This document shows positions 28,568 through 38,708 of a stretch of DNA of 64,000 nucleotides, piece after piece. The notes below the pieces were generated by a model. It saw only the letters and a list, made by a program, of their open reading frames with translations, did not search any database and was not told where the DNA came from. Numbering within the stretch: position 1 is the first letter of the stretch; each line of letters begins with the position of its first letter. Location: assembly GCA_963710375.1 (NCBI GenBank), contig CAVPZX010000003.1:160001-224000 (forward strand). Reading direction: 5' to 3'. The DNA is from Nitrospirota bacterium (GTDB taxonomy: Bacteria; Nitrospirota; Thermodesulfovibrionia; Thermodesulfovibrionales; Dissulfurispiraceae). The translations under genes were made by a program, and so were the position numbers.

Positions 28568-29716
28568 GTGGTCAGTGAGATCATGATTGAATTTGCAGGG
28601 CTGAGCGGCCTCTCGCCGGCAGGGGCTTCTCCTCTGCGCTACTTATGGACGGATGCCTTTGCCGTCTGCAATTTCCTCGGTCTTTATCACCAAACGAAAA
28701 ATGAGCATTACATGCGTCTCGCATCCATGCTTGTTGATCAGGTGCATGCGGTACTTGGTCGTCATCGTCCTGATGACTCACGTACGGGCTGGATCAGCGG
28801 CCTTGGTGAGCAGGAGGGCGCAAAGCACCCCACAAAAGGGGGACTGAGGATCGGGAAAGAGATAAACGAGCGTAGGCCGGCGGAGCCCTTTGATGAGCGA
28901 TTTGAGTGGGACCGGGACGGGCAGTATTATCATTACCTGACACAATGGATGCACGCTCTCGATTGCCTGAGCCGGGTCACCGGAGATCAGACATTTAACA
29001 TGTGGGCAATAGAGCTGGCAAAAACGGTTCATGCAAAATTCACCTACGTCCCGCCGCGCGGGGAAGAAAAGCGCATGTACTGGAAGATGAGCATAGATCT
29101 ATCGTATCCGCTAGTGTCGTCCATGGGTCATCACGATCCTCTTGATGGATTGATCACTTACAGCGAGCTTCAGTCCACTGCTGGGAAGTATTCGCGACGG
29201 TCGCCGGACCTCAGCGCAGAGATTGCCGACATGGGCATGATATGTGAAGGTAAAGACTGGACCACTGATGACCCCCTTGGCATAGGCGGTCTCTTGATCG
29301 GCGCGTACAAGATGGCACAGTTAATTGCAGCAGGCAGCTTTATACGACCTGACCTCCTCGATACTGTTTTGGTTGCTTCCCTCAAGGGCTTAGACTATTT
29401 TGCTGCACAATCCACTTTGAATCTCCCGGCAGATTATCGACTCGCATTTCGGGAACTGGGATTGTCGATCGGATTACAGGCCATTGAGAGACTGCAGGGC
29501 TTGCTTGAGCAGTATCCCGGCGTCTTCAAGAACAAATCCCTTGTTCATTCGCAAATGCGAAGCCTCAGGCGGTATGCGCGGCTCAGCGGACTGATCAATG
29601 CATTTTGGCTCGAGAGTGAAAACAGGGAATCCAACAGCTGGACGGACCATCGAAACATCAATATGGTGATGCTTGTCACCAGCCTGTCTCCTGATGGGTA
29701 TCTCTCTCCTCTATGA
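28568..29716 (+). CDS. Conserved hypothetical protein (possible alpha/alpha-toroid fold)
   Basis: Long ORF with RYLWTDAFAVCN, DRDGQYYHYL, YRLAFRELGL; function unknown to me. Confidence 0.7.
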   Translation: MVSEIMIEFAGLSGLSPAGASPLRYLWTDAFAVCNFLGLYHQTKNEHYMRLASMLVDQVHAVLGRHRPDDSRTGWISGLGEQEGAKHPTKGGLRIGKEINERRPAEPFDERFEWDRDGQYYHYLTQWMHALDCLSRVTGDQTFNMWAIELAKTVHAKFTYVPPRGEEKRMYWKMSIDLSYPLVSSMGHHDPLDGLITYSELQSTAGKYSRRSPDLSAEIADMGMICEGKDWTTDDPLGIGGLLIGAYKMAQLIAAGSFIRPDLLDTVLVASLKGLDYFAAQSTLNLPADYRLAFRELGLSIGLQAIERLQGLLEQYPGVFKNKSLVHSQMRSLRRYARLSGLINAFWLESENRESNSWTDHRNINMVMLVTSLSPDGYLSPL

Positions 29717-29726
29717 CATATTCTGC

Positions 29727-29938
29727 TCAGCAATTCAGACAGTGTAATGAAGGATATGTCTCTTACGCTCAGGCGCTACGTCCTGACAGTTCTAACGGCT
29801 TGTTCGCTACAGGCGCAAAACTCGCCCTTCGGGCTCAGACATTGCGCCTGTTAGACGCTCACTTCGCCGAGAACTGTTACCAGGACTCCGCGATTCGCTT
29901 CAGAGGCACATCCTTCATTACACTGTTTGAATTGCTGA
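29727..29938. mobile_element. MITE-like element family B, copy 1
   Basis: TIRs gcaattcagacagtgtaatgaaggatatgtctct / agaggcacatccttcattacactgtttgaattgc; nearly identical to 39507-39717. Confidence 0.88.
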
Positions 29939-29998
29939 TTCTGCTATCTGAGTTTGGGGTGTAAGTGATATACTGTTTATAAGCTGACTGCCTGCGTT

Positions 29999-31228
29999 AT
30001 GCAATATCCATCTGTGTTAAATACGCTTTTCCGCTCCCTCCGTCACCGGAACTTCCGGCTTTTCTGGTCCGGGCAGCTCATATCCCTCATCGGCACGTGG
30101 ATGCAGAACTTAGGTCAGGCATGGCTCGTGCTGGAGTTGACCCACTCGTCCTTCAAACTCGGCATTGTCTCGGCCCTGCAGTTTTTACCGATGCTTTTTT
30201 TGTCTTTTCCTGCCGGCGTGTTGATCGACTATTTCCCGAAACGGATGATCATCATCGCAACCCAGACCGTAATGATGGTCCTCGCCTTTACGTTGGCTGC
30301 CCTGCAGTGGTCCGGTGTTGTCCAGTACTGGCATGTGCTGGTCCTCGCCACTATACTTGGCGTGGCCAACACCGTCGACATGCCTGCGCGCCAGGCTTTT
30401 ATCATTGAAATGGTCGGGAAAGAGGACCTGATGAACGCTATCGCGCTCAATTCCTCCATCTTCAACGCTGCCCGGGCCGTAGGGCCCGCCATAGCCGGGC
30501 TTTTAATAGGGGCTCTGGGCACAGGCGCCTGTTTCTTCGTTAACGGCCTGAGCTATCTAGCAGTCATCTGGGGCCTCTGGCTCATCAGTTTCGCTGAGCC
30601 CAGGACAATGAGGCAGGGGACCTATCACATCATGGTCGATATCCGCGAGGCGATGAGATACATCAGAAATACCCCTGTCGTCATGGTCACTATCCTGCTT
30701 GTGGCGGTCGTCAGCATTTTCGGAACTAACTTCAACGTCCTGGTGCCTGTATTCGCTCGCCAGGAACTCCATCGTGACGCTGCAGCTTTCGGATTTCTAA
30801 TGTCGGCCTTCGGCACAGGAGCGCTCATCGGAGCGGTATCACTGGCAGCCCTAAGCAGACAGGGCCCGAAATCGTCCTTTCTCCTGGGCGGAGGCATGGC
30901 ACTTTCATTGATCCTCATCCTTATCGGGACCCAGCATTCGTACGCCTGGACCGCACTGCTGCTGGCCCTGGCCGGCTGGTGCCTGGTCACTTTTTTCGGC
31001 ATGGCCAACTCCACTGTACAATTGAACACCGAAGACCAGCTTCGCGGACGGGTGATGAGTGTTTACACCTTTACCTTCGGCGGGCTCACGCCCTTCGGCA
31101 GCCTGTTTGCAGGGTCTGTTGCCCACTATGTTGACGCTCCATTTACGTTCGCCCTAGGCGGGTTAATAAGCGGAATAGTTTTTTTTGCGGTAATACTGAA
31201 GCGGAAGAAGATCGCGGCTTGGCGGTGA
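29999..31228 (+). CDS. MFS transporter (EntS/DUF894-like)
   Basis: SLRHRNFRLFWSGQLISLIGTWMQ, DMPARQAF, NAARAVGPAIAG, LRGRVMS. Confidence 0.9.
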   Translation: MQYPSVLNTLFRSLRHRNFRLFWSGQLISLIGTWMQNLGQAWLVLELTHSSFKLGIVSALQFLPMLFLSFPAGVLIDYFPKRMIIIATQTVMMVLAFTLAALQWSGVVQYWHVLVLATILGVANTVDMPARQAFIIEMVGKEDLMNAIALNSSIFNAARAVGPAIAGLLIGALGTGACFFVNGLSYLAVIWGLWLISFAEPRTMRQGTYHIMVDIREAMRYIRNTPVVMVTILLVAVVSIFGTNFNVLVPVFARQELHRDAAAFGFLMSAFGTGALIGAVSLAALSRQGPKSSFLLGGGMALSLILILIGTQHSYAWTALLLALAGWCLVTFFGMANSTVQLNTEDQLRGRVMSVYTFTFGGLTPFGSLFAGSVAHYVDAPFTFALGGLISGIVFFAVILKRKKIAAWR

Positions 31229-31252
31229 TGCAGAAGAGTACTCAAGGCTCTA

Positions 31253-32701
31253 TTAGCAGTGTATCGACTGTTCGGGTGCAGCTTCTTTCACAAATTTTTT
31301 CCGTTTTGCCCTGAGACTGAGATACTCTTTTGCTTCTTTGTACAAGCGGCTCCGCTCGCTTCTGTCAAACATGGCCCGCCGTACAATTCTGAATATGATC
31401 CTGGGCCTGAAGTAATATCGTCCGTAAAAACGCTCGACAGCATCGACAATCTCGTGCCGGGTCAGGCCCGGATATTTTATGTTGGCAAGCTGGTGCCCCA
31501 ACTCATCGAACATATCATCGTCCGTGAGGTAGCCATGCGTGCGCATGTAATCATGGAGTGCAGTCCCAGGGAAGGAATGGGCGATCGATACCTGTATAGT
31601 CTCGCAGTCAAGCTCTTCAGCAAACTTAATAGTCTGTTCGATGGTGTCACGTGTTTCACCCGGAAGACCTATTATGAAATCCCCGTGCACGAGCATCCCA
31701 AGCTTCTTGCAGTTCTTCATGAACGTCTTTGCCTGTTCAACCGAGGCCCCTTTGGAGATATTCTGAAGTATGGTCGCGTTGCCCGATTCGAAACCCACGA
31801 TCAGCAGCCGGCAGCCTGCTTCCTTCATGGCCTTCAGTGTTTCATAATCGCAGTGGGCCCGTGAATTGCACGACCAGGTAAAATTGATCGTTTTCAGTTT
31901 CGCACATAAATCAAGGACACGGCGTTTGCCCCAGGAAAAAGTATCATCGTCAAAAAATATTTCCTTCACGTTTGGAAAAAGTTCGAGCGCCCGGCGTACC
32001 TCGGCTGCCACATTATCGCTGCTGCGCGTCCGCCAGCGATGGCCGCTGAACGTCTGGGGCCATAGACAATAACTGCATTTAGCCGGACAGCCGCGAGACG
32101 AGTAAAAGGCGACGAACGGATGGAGCAGGAACGGAATATTATACTTTGTTATGTCGAGATCACGTTTATAAGTTTCGACCGCAAACGGGAGGGAATCCAG
32201 GTCTGCCAGAGGTTCGCGATCAGCATTATGTATGAATTGTCCGTTCTTCCGAAAGGTGATCCCTTTGATTGCATCCAGGCCCTTGCCGTGGGCGAACTCC
32301 ACTACACTGTATTCAAATTCTTTCCTTGCAACAAAATCTATTGCCGCGGAAGCCATTAGACTCTCCTCGGGCAGGACGCTCACATGCGGCCCGACAAATG
32401 CTATCTTGATGTCGGGCTTTGCAGCCTTGATCCTTTCGGCCAGGACTACGTCGCTTTTAAACCCCGGTGTACTAGTAAATACAACGACAAAATCATATGC
32501 CCCGGATATTTCTATCGTTTCATCGGGGGTCACACCATGGGAAGGCGCATCCAGCAAACGGCTTCCTTCCAGCATGCCGGCCGGATAAGTTAACCAGACC
32601 GGGTACCAGAATGAGGTAATTTCACGTCTGGCAGGCCAGCGTGAACCAGCGCCCCCATCGAAGTTCTCGAAAGAGGGAGGATTGAGCAGCAGTGTTTTCA
32701 T
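31253..32701 (-). CDS. hpnJ: Hopanoid-associated B12-binding radical SAM protein HpnJ
   Basis: MKTLLLNPPSFENFDGGAGSRWPARREI, RGCPAKCSYCLWPQT (CxxxCxxC), FFDDDTF. Confidence 0.88.
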   Translation of the reverse strand: MKTLLLNPPSFENFDGGAGSRWPARREITSFWYPVWLTYPAGMLEGSRLLDAPSHGVTPDETIEISGAYDFVVVFTSTPGFKSDVVLAERIKAAKPDIKIAFVGPHVSVLPEESLMASAAIDFVARKEFEYSVVEFAHGKGLDAIKGITFRKNGQFIHNADREPLADLDSLPFAVETYKRDLDITKYNIPFLLHPFVAFYSSRGCPAKCSYCLWPQTFSGHRWRTRSSDNVAAEVRRALELFPNVKEIFFDDDTFSWGKRRVLDLCAKLKTINFTWSCNSRAHCDYETLKAMKEAGCRLLIVGFESGNATILQNISKGASVEQAKTFMKNCKKLGMLVHGDFIIGLPGETRDTIEQTIKFAEELDCETIQVSIAHSFPGTALHDYMRTHGYLTDDDMFDELGHQLANIKYPGLTRHEIVDAVERFYGRYYFRPRIIFRIVRRAMFDRSERSRLYKEAKEYLSLRAKRKKFVKEAAPEQSIHC

Positions 32702-32916
32702 TGGTTTTCCGTTTTTTGACACATTCCCCCCAAATATAATCTCATGATTGTGGATAGATGATTCTAGCACGTTTCACAAACCATTTTCAAAATCACTGCA
32801 AGCGCCGTGCAAATATTACTCTTGCCATATTTGAATCATTTCGATTAGATTTTTCATGTGTCAATTCGTTATTATTAATAGAAGTAGCTGCTATCGTTAA
32901 ATAATCGGGGGCATTT

Positions 32917-34197
32917 TTGATGATCGAAGAGACGAAGCTCATGCTATTGGATTTGGTCATGTGTCTATCGGACGTCGTTGATTTAGTTGCCCCTGCTGTG
33001 GCCAATCATCACAAACAAGTGGCCTATATAGCTTTCTGTCTGGGCAGGGAGTTGGGCTTCTCAATGAAACAGCGGACCGACCTGGTGCTTGCCGGGGCTT
33101 TGCATGATATAGGGGCCCTTTCTCTCAAAGATAAAATAGACGTTTTGCGATTTGAAGACAATGGCTTCTTTAAGCATGCTGATCTGAGCTACTCGTTGCT
33201 AAAAATGTTCGAACCTCTGTCCGGGATAGCTGACATTGTGCGCTTCCATCATGTCTCATGGAAAGACATGGATAAATATGAATCAAAGGGGATCATAGTG
33301 CCGATGGATAGCCATATCCTGCATCTGGCAGACCGTGTAAGTGTGCTTGTAGACAAACGGAAAGAAATCCTCGGACAGGTCTCTGTGATATGCAAGAAGA
33401 TCGAGAAACAATCAGGAGAAATGTTTATGCCGGAAATAGTTGACGCCTTCATGAGGTTGTCTGTGAAGGAGAATTTCTGGTTTCAAGTTGCTTCCCAATC
33501 GATAAGCTCTCTTTTGATCCGGGAAATAAGGCAGTATCCAAATCAAATGGAAATTGAAATGGATGCCGAAGCACTTCTCGGCGTATCCAGGCTTTTCAGC
33601 AAAATTATAGATTTCAGGAGCCATTATACTTCAACTCACTCCAGCGGGGTTGCCGCAAGTGCTGAGGGATTGGCCAGATTAGCCGGATTCTCTGATCAGG
33701 AGTGCCAGATGATGAAGGTTGCGGGATATTTACACGATTTGGGCAAACTTGCTGTGCCGACCGAAATTTTGGAGAAGCCTGCAAAGCTGACAAAGAAAGA
33801 GATCAATATAATTCGAAGTCATACCTTCCATACATGCAATACTCTGCATTCTATCCACGATTTCGCTATGATCAATACATGGGCGTCATCTCATCACGAA
33901 CGGTTGAGCGGTGATGGATACCCGTTTCACATAAAGGCCAAAGACCTGTCGCTGGGGTCGAGAATTATGGCAGTTGCGGATGTTTTCACAGCCATTACAG
34001 AGGATAGACCGTACAGGAAGGGAATGCCTGACGAAAAGGCATTACAGGTCCTCCAGGACATGGCGGACAATTCATTATTGGATCCCGGTGTCGTATCTTT
34101 GCTGAGGCTTCATTTTGAAGAAATCAATTCCCTGCGGATAGCGGCCCAAAAGGCTTCGATCGAAGATTACAAACAGTTCCTGCATTCACCGAACTGA
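32917..34197 (+). CDS. Tandem HD / HD-GYP cyclic-dinucleotide phosphodiesterase
   Basis: First HD (LHDIG, RFHH, LADR); second HD-GYP (LHDLGK, HHERLSGDGYP, DRPYR). Confidence 0.9.
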   Translation: MMIEETKLMLLDLVMCLSDVVDLVAPAVANHHKQVAYIAFCLGRELGFSMKQRTDLVLAGALHDIGALSLKDKIDVLRFEDNGFFKHADLSYSLLKMFEPLSGIADIVRFHHVSWKDMDKYESKGIIVPMDSHILHLADRVSVLVDKRKEILGQVSVICKKIEKQSGEMFMPEIVDAFMRLSVKENFWFQVASQSISSLLIREIRQYPNQMEIEMDAEALLGVSRLFSKIIDFRSHYTSTHSSGVAASAEGLARLAGFSDQECQMMKVAGYLHDLGKLAVPTEILEKPAKLTKKEINIIRSHTFHTCNTLHSIHDFAMINTWASSHHERLSGDGYPFHIKAKDLSLGSRIMAVADVFTAITEDRPYRKGMPDEKALQVLQDMADNSLLDPGVVSLLRLHFEEINSLRIAAQKASIEDYKQFLHSPN

Positions 34198-34223
34198 ATT
34201 TCGTATACGTTTAAAAGGTATTA

Positions 34224-35501
34224 TCAGGAAAGTTCGGAGAGGAGCGTAATGAATGTCGTGAGATAGTCGGGATCAAAGTCGCCGGTTTCTTTTGTTTCTC
34301 TGGTCAGCAAAGTCAGTGCCATATAAGGAGTGTAAGCATACCGAAAGGGACGGGGGGTTATCAGACAATCATAACAGTCCACCATTGCGGCGATGCGGCC
34401 GAAAACCTTCACTTTTTCACCGTTGAGCCCAAAAGGATATCCTTTGCCGGACAACCGCTCATGATGTTGAAGGACCACGACTAGCGACTCTTTCTCCATC
34501 TCCTTAGCAGCTTCAAGTATTCTGAATCCCTCGATCACGTGAGTTTTCAGAAGTGAAAATTCTTCCTTGGTGAGTCTGCCCTGCTTATTTATCAAATCCT
34601 TCGGCAGTATGCTTTTCCCTATATCATGCATAAGTGCGCCTACTCCGAGCTTTTCGATTTTTCTCCTCTCGAATCCGAGTGCGGAACCGATGGCGATGCA
34701 TAAGACCGCAACATTCACTGAATGCGTATATGTATATAAATCATAAGTCTTAAGCGACATCATGTCATAAACACTGACCTGTTTCTTTAATATAGAATCG
34801 GTTATCTCAGCGACTGCTGTTCCGACCTCATCCATCTTGTCAATGACATGGGGGCTCGAAAGGACATCCCTCACCAGTATTTTCGAATTTTCTTTTAGTG
34901 AGATTGCCTTGCATTTCTGTCTCATTTCCTCGGGGATATCCGGCGATGAAAGGAGGTTGTTCAAATATTCCTTATATAAATTAATATCAGAGGTCCTGAT
35001 GGCGAGATCTCCTCTTGCCTTAAATACTCTATCGGGAATCTCTATCGGCTCTTCCACAGCGGCCTCGGCGAGTAATTCAATAAGCATATTATTGATCAGG
35101 TAAATATTGAAATTGATTTTTGTGTTTCTTATAAAGCTGCTCTTATCTATCAACAGAGTTTTATCAATGTTGTGATACATCTCTTTGTTGCGCGAGTAGA
35201 CGTAGAATTTTTCCGTATCCACTGCTTCATATTGCGGTCCGGATGAATTATCCAGGTACTCTTTAATATTTGACGGGGTGCCTTCTATATATACCGTGTT
35301 TATTCCCTTGATGTCCAAAGTCTCTTTTGTCCTCTGATCGAAAAGCGTCCATTTGGTGAAAAGATGGATAAAATTCCGGCCATCCTTCAGGTATACGTCA
35401 AAAGGGATACGTAAACCCAAAAGCAGCATGTTTGTGGGCAGCGGAACTTTTAACATCCGCGCATCCGTGGTAGTTGGGGTCTCTGTTGTTTTTTCGTCCA
35501 T
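34224..35501 (-). CDS. HD-GYP phosphodiesterase
   Basis: YTYTHSVNV, MHDIGK, HHERLSGKGYP, PRPFR. Confidence 0.92.
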   Translation of the reverse strand: MDEKTTETPTTTDARMLKVPLPTNMLLLGLRIPFDVYLKDGRNFIHLFTKWTLFDQRTKETLDIKGINTVYIEGTPSNIKEYLDNSSGPQYEAVDTEKFYVYSRNKEMYHNIDKTLLIDKSSFIRNTKINFNIYLINNMLIELLAEAAVEEPIEIPDRVFKARGDLAIRTSDINLYKEYLNNLLSSPDIPEEMRQKCKAISLKENSKILVRDVLSSPHVIDKMDEVGTAVAEITDSILKKQVSVYDMMSLKTYDLYTYTHSVNVAVLCIAIGSALGFERRKIEKLGVGALMHDIGKSILPKDLINKQGRLTKEEFSLLKTHVIEGFRILEAAKEMEKESLVVVLQHHERLSGKGYPFGLNGEKVKVFGRIAAMVDCYDCLITPRPFRYAYTPYMALTLLTRETKETGDFDPDYLTTFITLLSELS

Positions 35502-35543
35502 AAATGTCCAAATATAGTGTCAGACTCAGTATACCAATTCGTG

Positions 35544-36014
35544 TCACTTCTTGCCAATTTTCACAAGGCTTTCCCTGAATACCTTGTAAAACTGGTCATT
35601 ATCGGCAATGGATTTTTTCATTGTCGCCTTGAAGTTCCGGATGTCTTTTTCATTCACAGTAATGTTTGAGCTTTTTGCAAAAGCGGTCATATTGTCGCCG
35701 GTTTTGAAGTCCTTTCCTATCAGAGCCAAAAAGATTCTCCTCCGCGCTGACATGGGCATAAACTGCAGGAATTTATAAACTGCATTGTTTTCGGGGGAGC
35801 TTCCGCCAAAGCGCTCGTTGAGGACTATGACCCCGTACTGGTTGAACTTCAGTTTTTCAAAGGCATCCTCAGCGCTTTGTGCAAACTCTATGCCGTATTT
35901 AAGCCCTTCGAGAGCAGCGTTTATGGCGCTTTTAAATTCAGCATTATCTTCGCATACCAGTGCACTACGCAGTTCCTCTTCATACTCCTCTGCATCTGCC
36001 GTACGTGATTCCAT
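35544..36014 (-). CDS. Receiver-like hypothetical protein downstream of pilT/pilU
   Basis: ALVCEDN.., AFEKLKFNQYGVIVLNE, MPMSARRRIF; operonic with the PilT genes. Confidence 0.7.
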   Translation of the reverse strand: MESRTADAEEYEEELRSALVCEDNAEFKSAINAALEGLKYGIEFAQSAEDAFEKLKFNQYGVIVLNERFGGSSPENNAVYKFLQFMPMSARRRIFLALIGKDFKTGDNMTAFAKSSNITVNEKDIRNFKATMKKSIADNDQFYKVFRESLVKIGKK

Positions 36015-36027
36015 AGGCCTCCGTAGA

Positions 36028-37209
36028 TTAACGTTCCTTAAGCCGTTTATCGTAACTTTTATCGAGTTTCAGCCCCTCGATATCGGTTGTCTTCTCGCCT
36101 TTGGCGCCCTTGATCCTGTCGATGCCCCTGCCGACAACGGCTTTTTTAGACGCATAAGCCATGGCGGTTTCCTCAGTTATCAGCCCGTCCTGGTATAACT
36201 TGAGTATGGCTTTGTCAAAGGTTTGCATGCCATAGGCGTCGCCGGCCTCGATTAGCTCATAGAATGTCTTGCCCTCGGATTCGCCGGTAAATATCGATTC
36301 TTTCACTCTCAGATTTGTCCTCATGATTTCGATGGCCGCTATTCTGCCTCCTCCCACCTTGGGCAGCAATCGCTGGCTGACGACCCAACGTATTGTATCG
36401 GCAAGGCGGGTGCGTATCTGCTTCTCTTCATCCCTCTCGAACATGCCGACTATTCTGTTGATCGTCTGTCCGGCATCTATTGTATGCAGCGTAGAGAGGA
36501 CCAGGTGGCCTGTTTCAGCAGCGGAGAGAGCTATCTCAAAGGTTTCCCTGTCTCTCATTTCTCCGACAAGTATTACTTTGGGGGCCTGGCGGAGAGCTGC
36601 TCTCAACCCATTTGCGAAGGTATCAAAGTCTGTGCCCAGCTCTCTCTGGTTAAAGGTTGCCTTTTGGTGCTGATGGGAGAACTCGACGGGATCTTCCAGC
36701 GTTATGATATGAACGGTATTTGTCTCATTAAACAGCCGCAGGATAGCAGCAAGTGTCGTCGTTTTTCCGTTTCCGGTCGCTCCGGTAACCAGCACCAGCC
36801 CGTTTTTTTCTTGAGCTATTTCCGACAACACCTCAGGCACATTAAGTTCGGCAATGGTTGGAATGACTGTTGAGAGTCTCCTCAGCACTACGGAATACGA
36901 CCCGCGCTGTGAGAATATATTCACTCTGAACCGGGCTTTTTCCGGCAAGGCATAAGACAGGTCGCATGAACCCTGGCTTATGAGTATCTCGCTAAGGCGG
37001 CGGTCAGAGTTCACTAGGTTCAGCGCCAGGATTTCGGTCTGAAAAGGAGTCAGGTTGTCAAACTGCGCCACGCCGGTAAAAGCAACCGGCATCAACTGGC
37101 CCGAGGCCTCAACCTGCAACGGCTTTCCTACAGTGAGATTGAGGTCGGATACATCCGGCTGACTATCCAGCATCGTATTAAGGATATAATCGAGCTCTGC
37201 CCGTCGCAC
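36028..37209 (-). CDS. pilU: PilT/PilU-family type IV pilus retraction ATPase
   Basis: Walker A GATGNGKT, LEDPVE, ALRQAPKVILVGEMRD, GHLVLSTLH; GTG start after GGAGG. Confidence 0.85.
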   Translation of the reverse strand: MRRAELDYILNTMLDSQPDVSDLNLTVGKPLQVEASGQLMPVAFTGVAQFDNLTPFQTEILALNLVNSDRRLSEILISQGSCDLSYALPEKARFRVNIFSQRGSYSVVLRRLSTVIPTIAELNVPEVLSEIAQEKNGLVLVTGATGNGKTTTLAAILRLFNETNTVHIITLEDPVEFSHQHQKATFNQRELGTDFDTFANGLRAALRQAPKVILVGEMRDRETFEIALSAAETGHLVLSTLHTIDAGQTINRIVGMFERDEEKQIRTRLADTIRWVVSQRLLPKVGGGRIAAIEIMRTNLRVKESIFTGESEGKTFYELIEAGDAYGMQTFDKAILKLYQDGLITEETAMAYASKKAVVGRGIDRIKGAKGEKTTDIEGLKLDKSYDKRLKER

Positions 37210-37224
37210 AAAAACCTCCAAAAA

Positions 37225-37350
37225 ACAAGGTTAAGGTTGAGGTTGAGGCTGAGAAAAAACTCAACCGCCACCCCCGCAAATATTTTTTAATGTTTCTTTC
37301 TTAACCTTAACCTTAACCTTAACCTGAGCCTTAACCTAAACCTTAGCCTG
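37225..37350. repeat. Hexamer-repeat palindrome (GGTTRA)n...(TTAACC)n
   Basis: Visible tandem hexamers in inverted arms between pilT and pilU. Confidence 0.85.
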
Positions 37351-37354
37351 ATTT

Positions 37355-38428
37355 TCAAAAATCCGGAGGCGGTTCTTTCAGGAACCCCACAAACTTCTGC
37401 TTGTCAATTGACTTGTCGTAAGCATCTTCAGGGCTTATCCATTTTTTGAGCAGTAGTTCCATTATGGCGTCGTCAAGCGTCTGCATGCCGTATTTCTTAC
37501 CGGTCTGCATGGCAGAGAGAAGCTGGTGGGTCTTGGACTCCCTTATGAGATTTGAAACCGCATAGGTTATAACCAGTATTTCCAGCGCTGCGCACCTGTC
37601 TTTCTTATCTATGCGCTTGAATAGGTTTTGCGCTATGACTCCCTTTAATGACTCAGAGAGCGTCGTGCGGATCTGTGCCTGATGACTAGAGGGAAAGACG
37701 TCCACAACCCTGTCCACGGTCTTTGGCGCACTCGTCGTATGCAGTGTGCCGAAAACCAGATGCCCTGTTGAAGCAGCCTCAAGGGCAAGCTGAATGGTTT
37801 CGAGGTCTCTCATTTCTCCGACAAGGATGATATCCGGGTCCTCGCGCAGCGCACCCCTGAGCGCAGACGCAAAAGATTTAGTATGGGTGCCGATTTCACG
37901 GTGGTTGACAACGCAGCCCTGGCTCTTGTGAACAAATTCAATGGGGTCCTCCACTGTAATTATATGGTCTTTCCTCATCTTGTTGGCGTAATCGATGATA
38001 GAGGCCAGAGTTGTGGATTTCCCGCTTCCAGTAGGGCCTGTAACAAGTACCAGTCCTTTCTGCAGCATAGCAAATTTCTTGCATACCGGCGGAAGACCGA
38101 GCTGCTCAAAGGTCAGTATGTCATTGGGAATCTCCCTGAAGACTGCTGCCACTCCGTATTTTTGCCGGAAAAAATTGGCACGGTAGCGTGCAAGCCCCGG
38201 TATTTCATAACCGAAGTCGATATCACCGGTCTCCTCAAATAATTTTACCTTTTCTTCCGGAGCAATCTCGTAGAGCATAGCCTTGAGGTCGTCGTTTTCC
38301 ATGATGTTATACTGCACCCTTTGCATTTCTCCCCTGATCCGGAGTATGGGCTGGGAGCCTGATACGAGGTGCAGGTCAGAGGCGCCCTGTTCATGCATAA
38401 GCTTGAAAAAAGCATCGATCTTTGCCAT
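37355..38428 (-). CDS. pilT: Type IV pilus retraction ATPase PilT
   Basis: ASDLHL, GPTGSGKST, EDPIE, ALREDPDIILVGEMRD, GHLVFGTLH, GMQT. Confidence 0.95.
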   Translation of the reverse strand: MAKIDAFFKLMHEQGASDLHLVSGSQPILRIRGEMQRVQYNIMENDDLKAMLYEIAPEEKVKLFEETGDIDFGYEIPGLARYRANFFRQKYGVAAVFREIPNDILTFEQLGLPPVCKKFAMLQKGLVLVTGPTGSGKSTTLASIIDYANKMRKDHIITVEDPIEFVHKSQGCVVNHREIGTHTKSFASALRGALREDPDIILVGEMRDLETIQLALEAASTGHLVFGTLHTTSAPKTVDRVVDVFPSSHQAQIRTTLSESLKGVIAQNLFKRIDKKDRCAALEILVITYAVSNLIRESKTHQLLSAMQTGKKYGMQTLDDAIMELLLKKWISPEDAYDKSIDKQKFVGFLKEPPPDF

Positions 38429-38473
38429 TGCGCAACTCCTGAGCGAAGATATTTGTCGCTTGGAAACTAATGG

Positions 38474-38502
38474 TTTATATCAGACTTTTAAGGTTTTGTC
38501 AA
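38474..38502 (-). promoter_or_regulatory. Sigma70-type promoter of pilT
   Basis: TTGACA-N17-TATAAA with TG extension on the minus strand. Confidence 0.65.
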
Positions 38503-38557
38503 GAAAACAACATTTAACTTGAAAGTTGTCTGGTGGTGTGATAAATTGAAATTGAGA

Positions 38558-38638
38558 GTACCGAAAAAGCCAAACCCTTTGCGAAGAGGGGGCGGAAAGC
38601 GGCGGGTCTTTGAACTGGAGATGGCCGAGCTGCCGAAT
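38558..38638 (+). ncRNA. GEMM-I (c-di-GMP-I / c-AMP-GMP class) riboswitch aptamer
   Basis: GCCAAACCCTTT-GCGA-AGAGGGGGCGGAAAGC...GGGTCT...AGATGGCCGAGCTGCCGAA matches the GEMM-I P2 (GNRA loop), AAAG junction and P3. Confidence 0.88.
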
Positions 38639-38670
38639 GATCTAGAGTGGGCAGCTCGGTTTTGTTATTT
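38625..38670 (+). terminator. Riboswitch expression-platform intrinsic terminator
   Basis: CCGAGCTGCC...GGCAGCTCGG followed by TTTTGTTATTTT; the 5' arm overlaps the aptamer 3' end. Confidence 0.8.
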
Positions 38671-38708
38671 TAGAAACGATTTTGGGCATAAGCAAGGGGA
38701 GGGACATT

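Noticed and set aside
29713..29964. Repeated small ORFs (also 39580-39942, 9192-9548, 9308-9541, 48353-48559, 48611-48832) as a protein family
   Set aside because: They are translations of MITE-like repeats with no RBS or coding signal.
37225..37350. CRISPR array
   Set aside because: These are tandem hexamers without unique spacers, and no cas genes are present.
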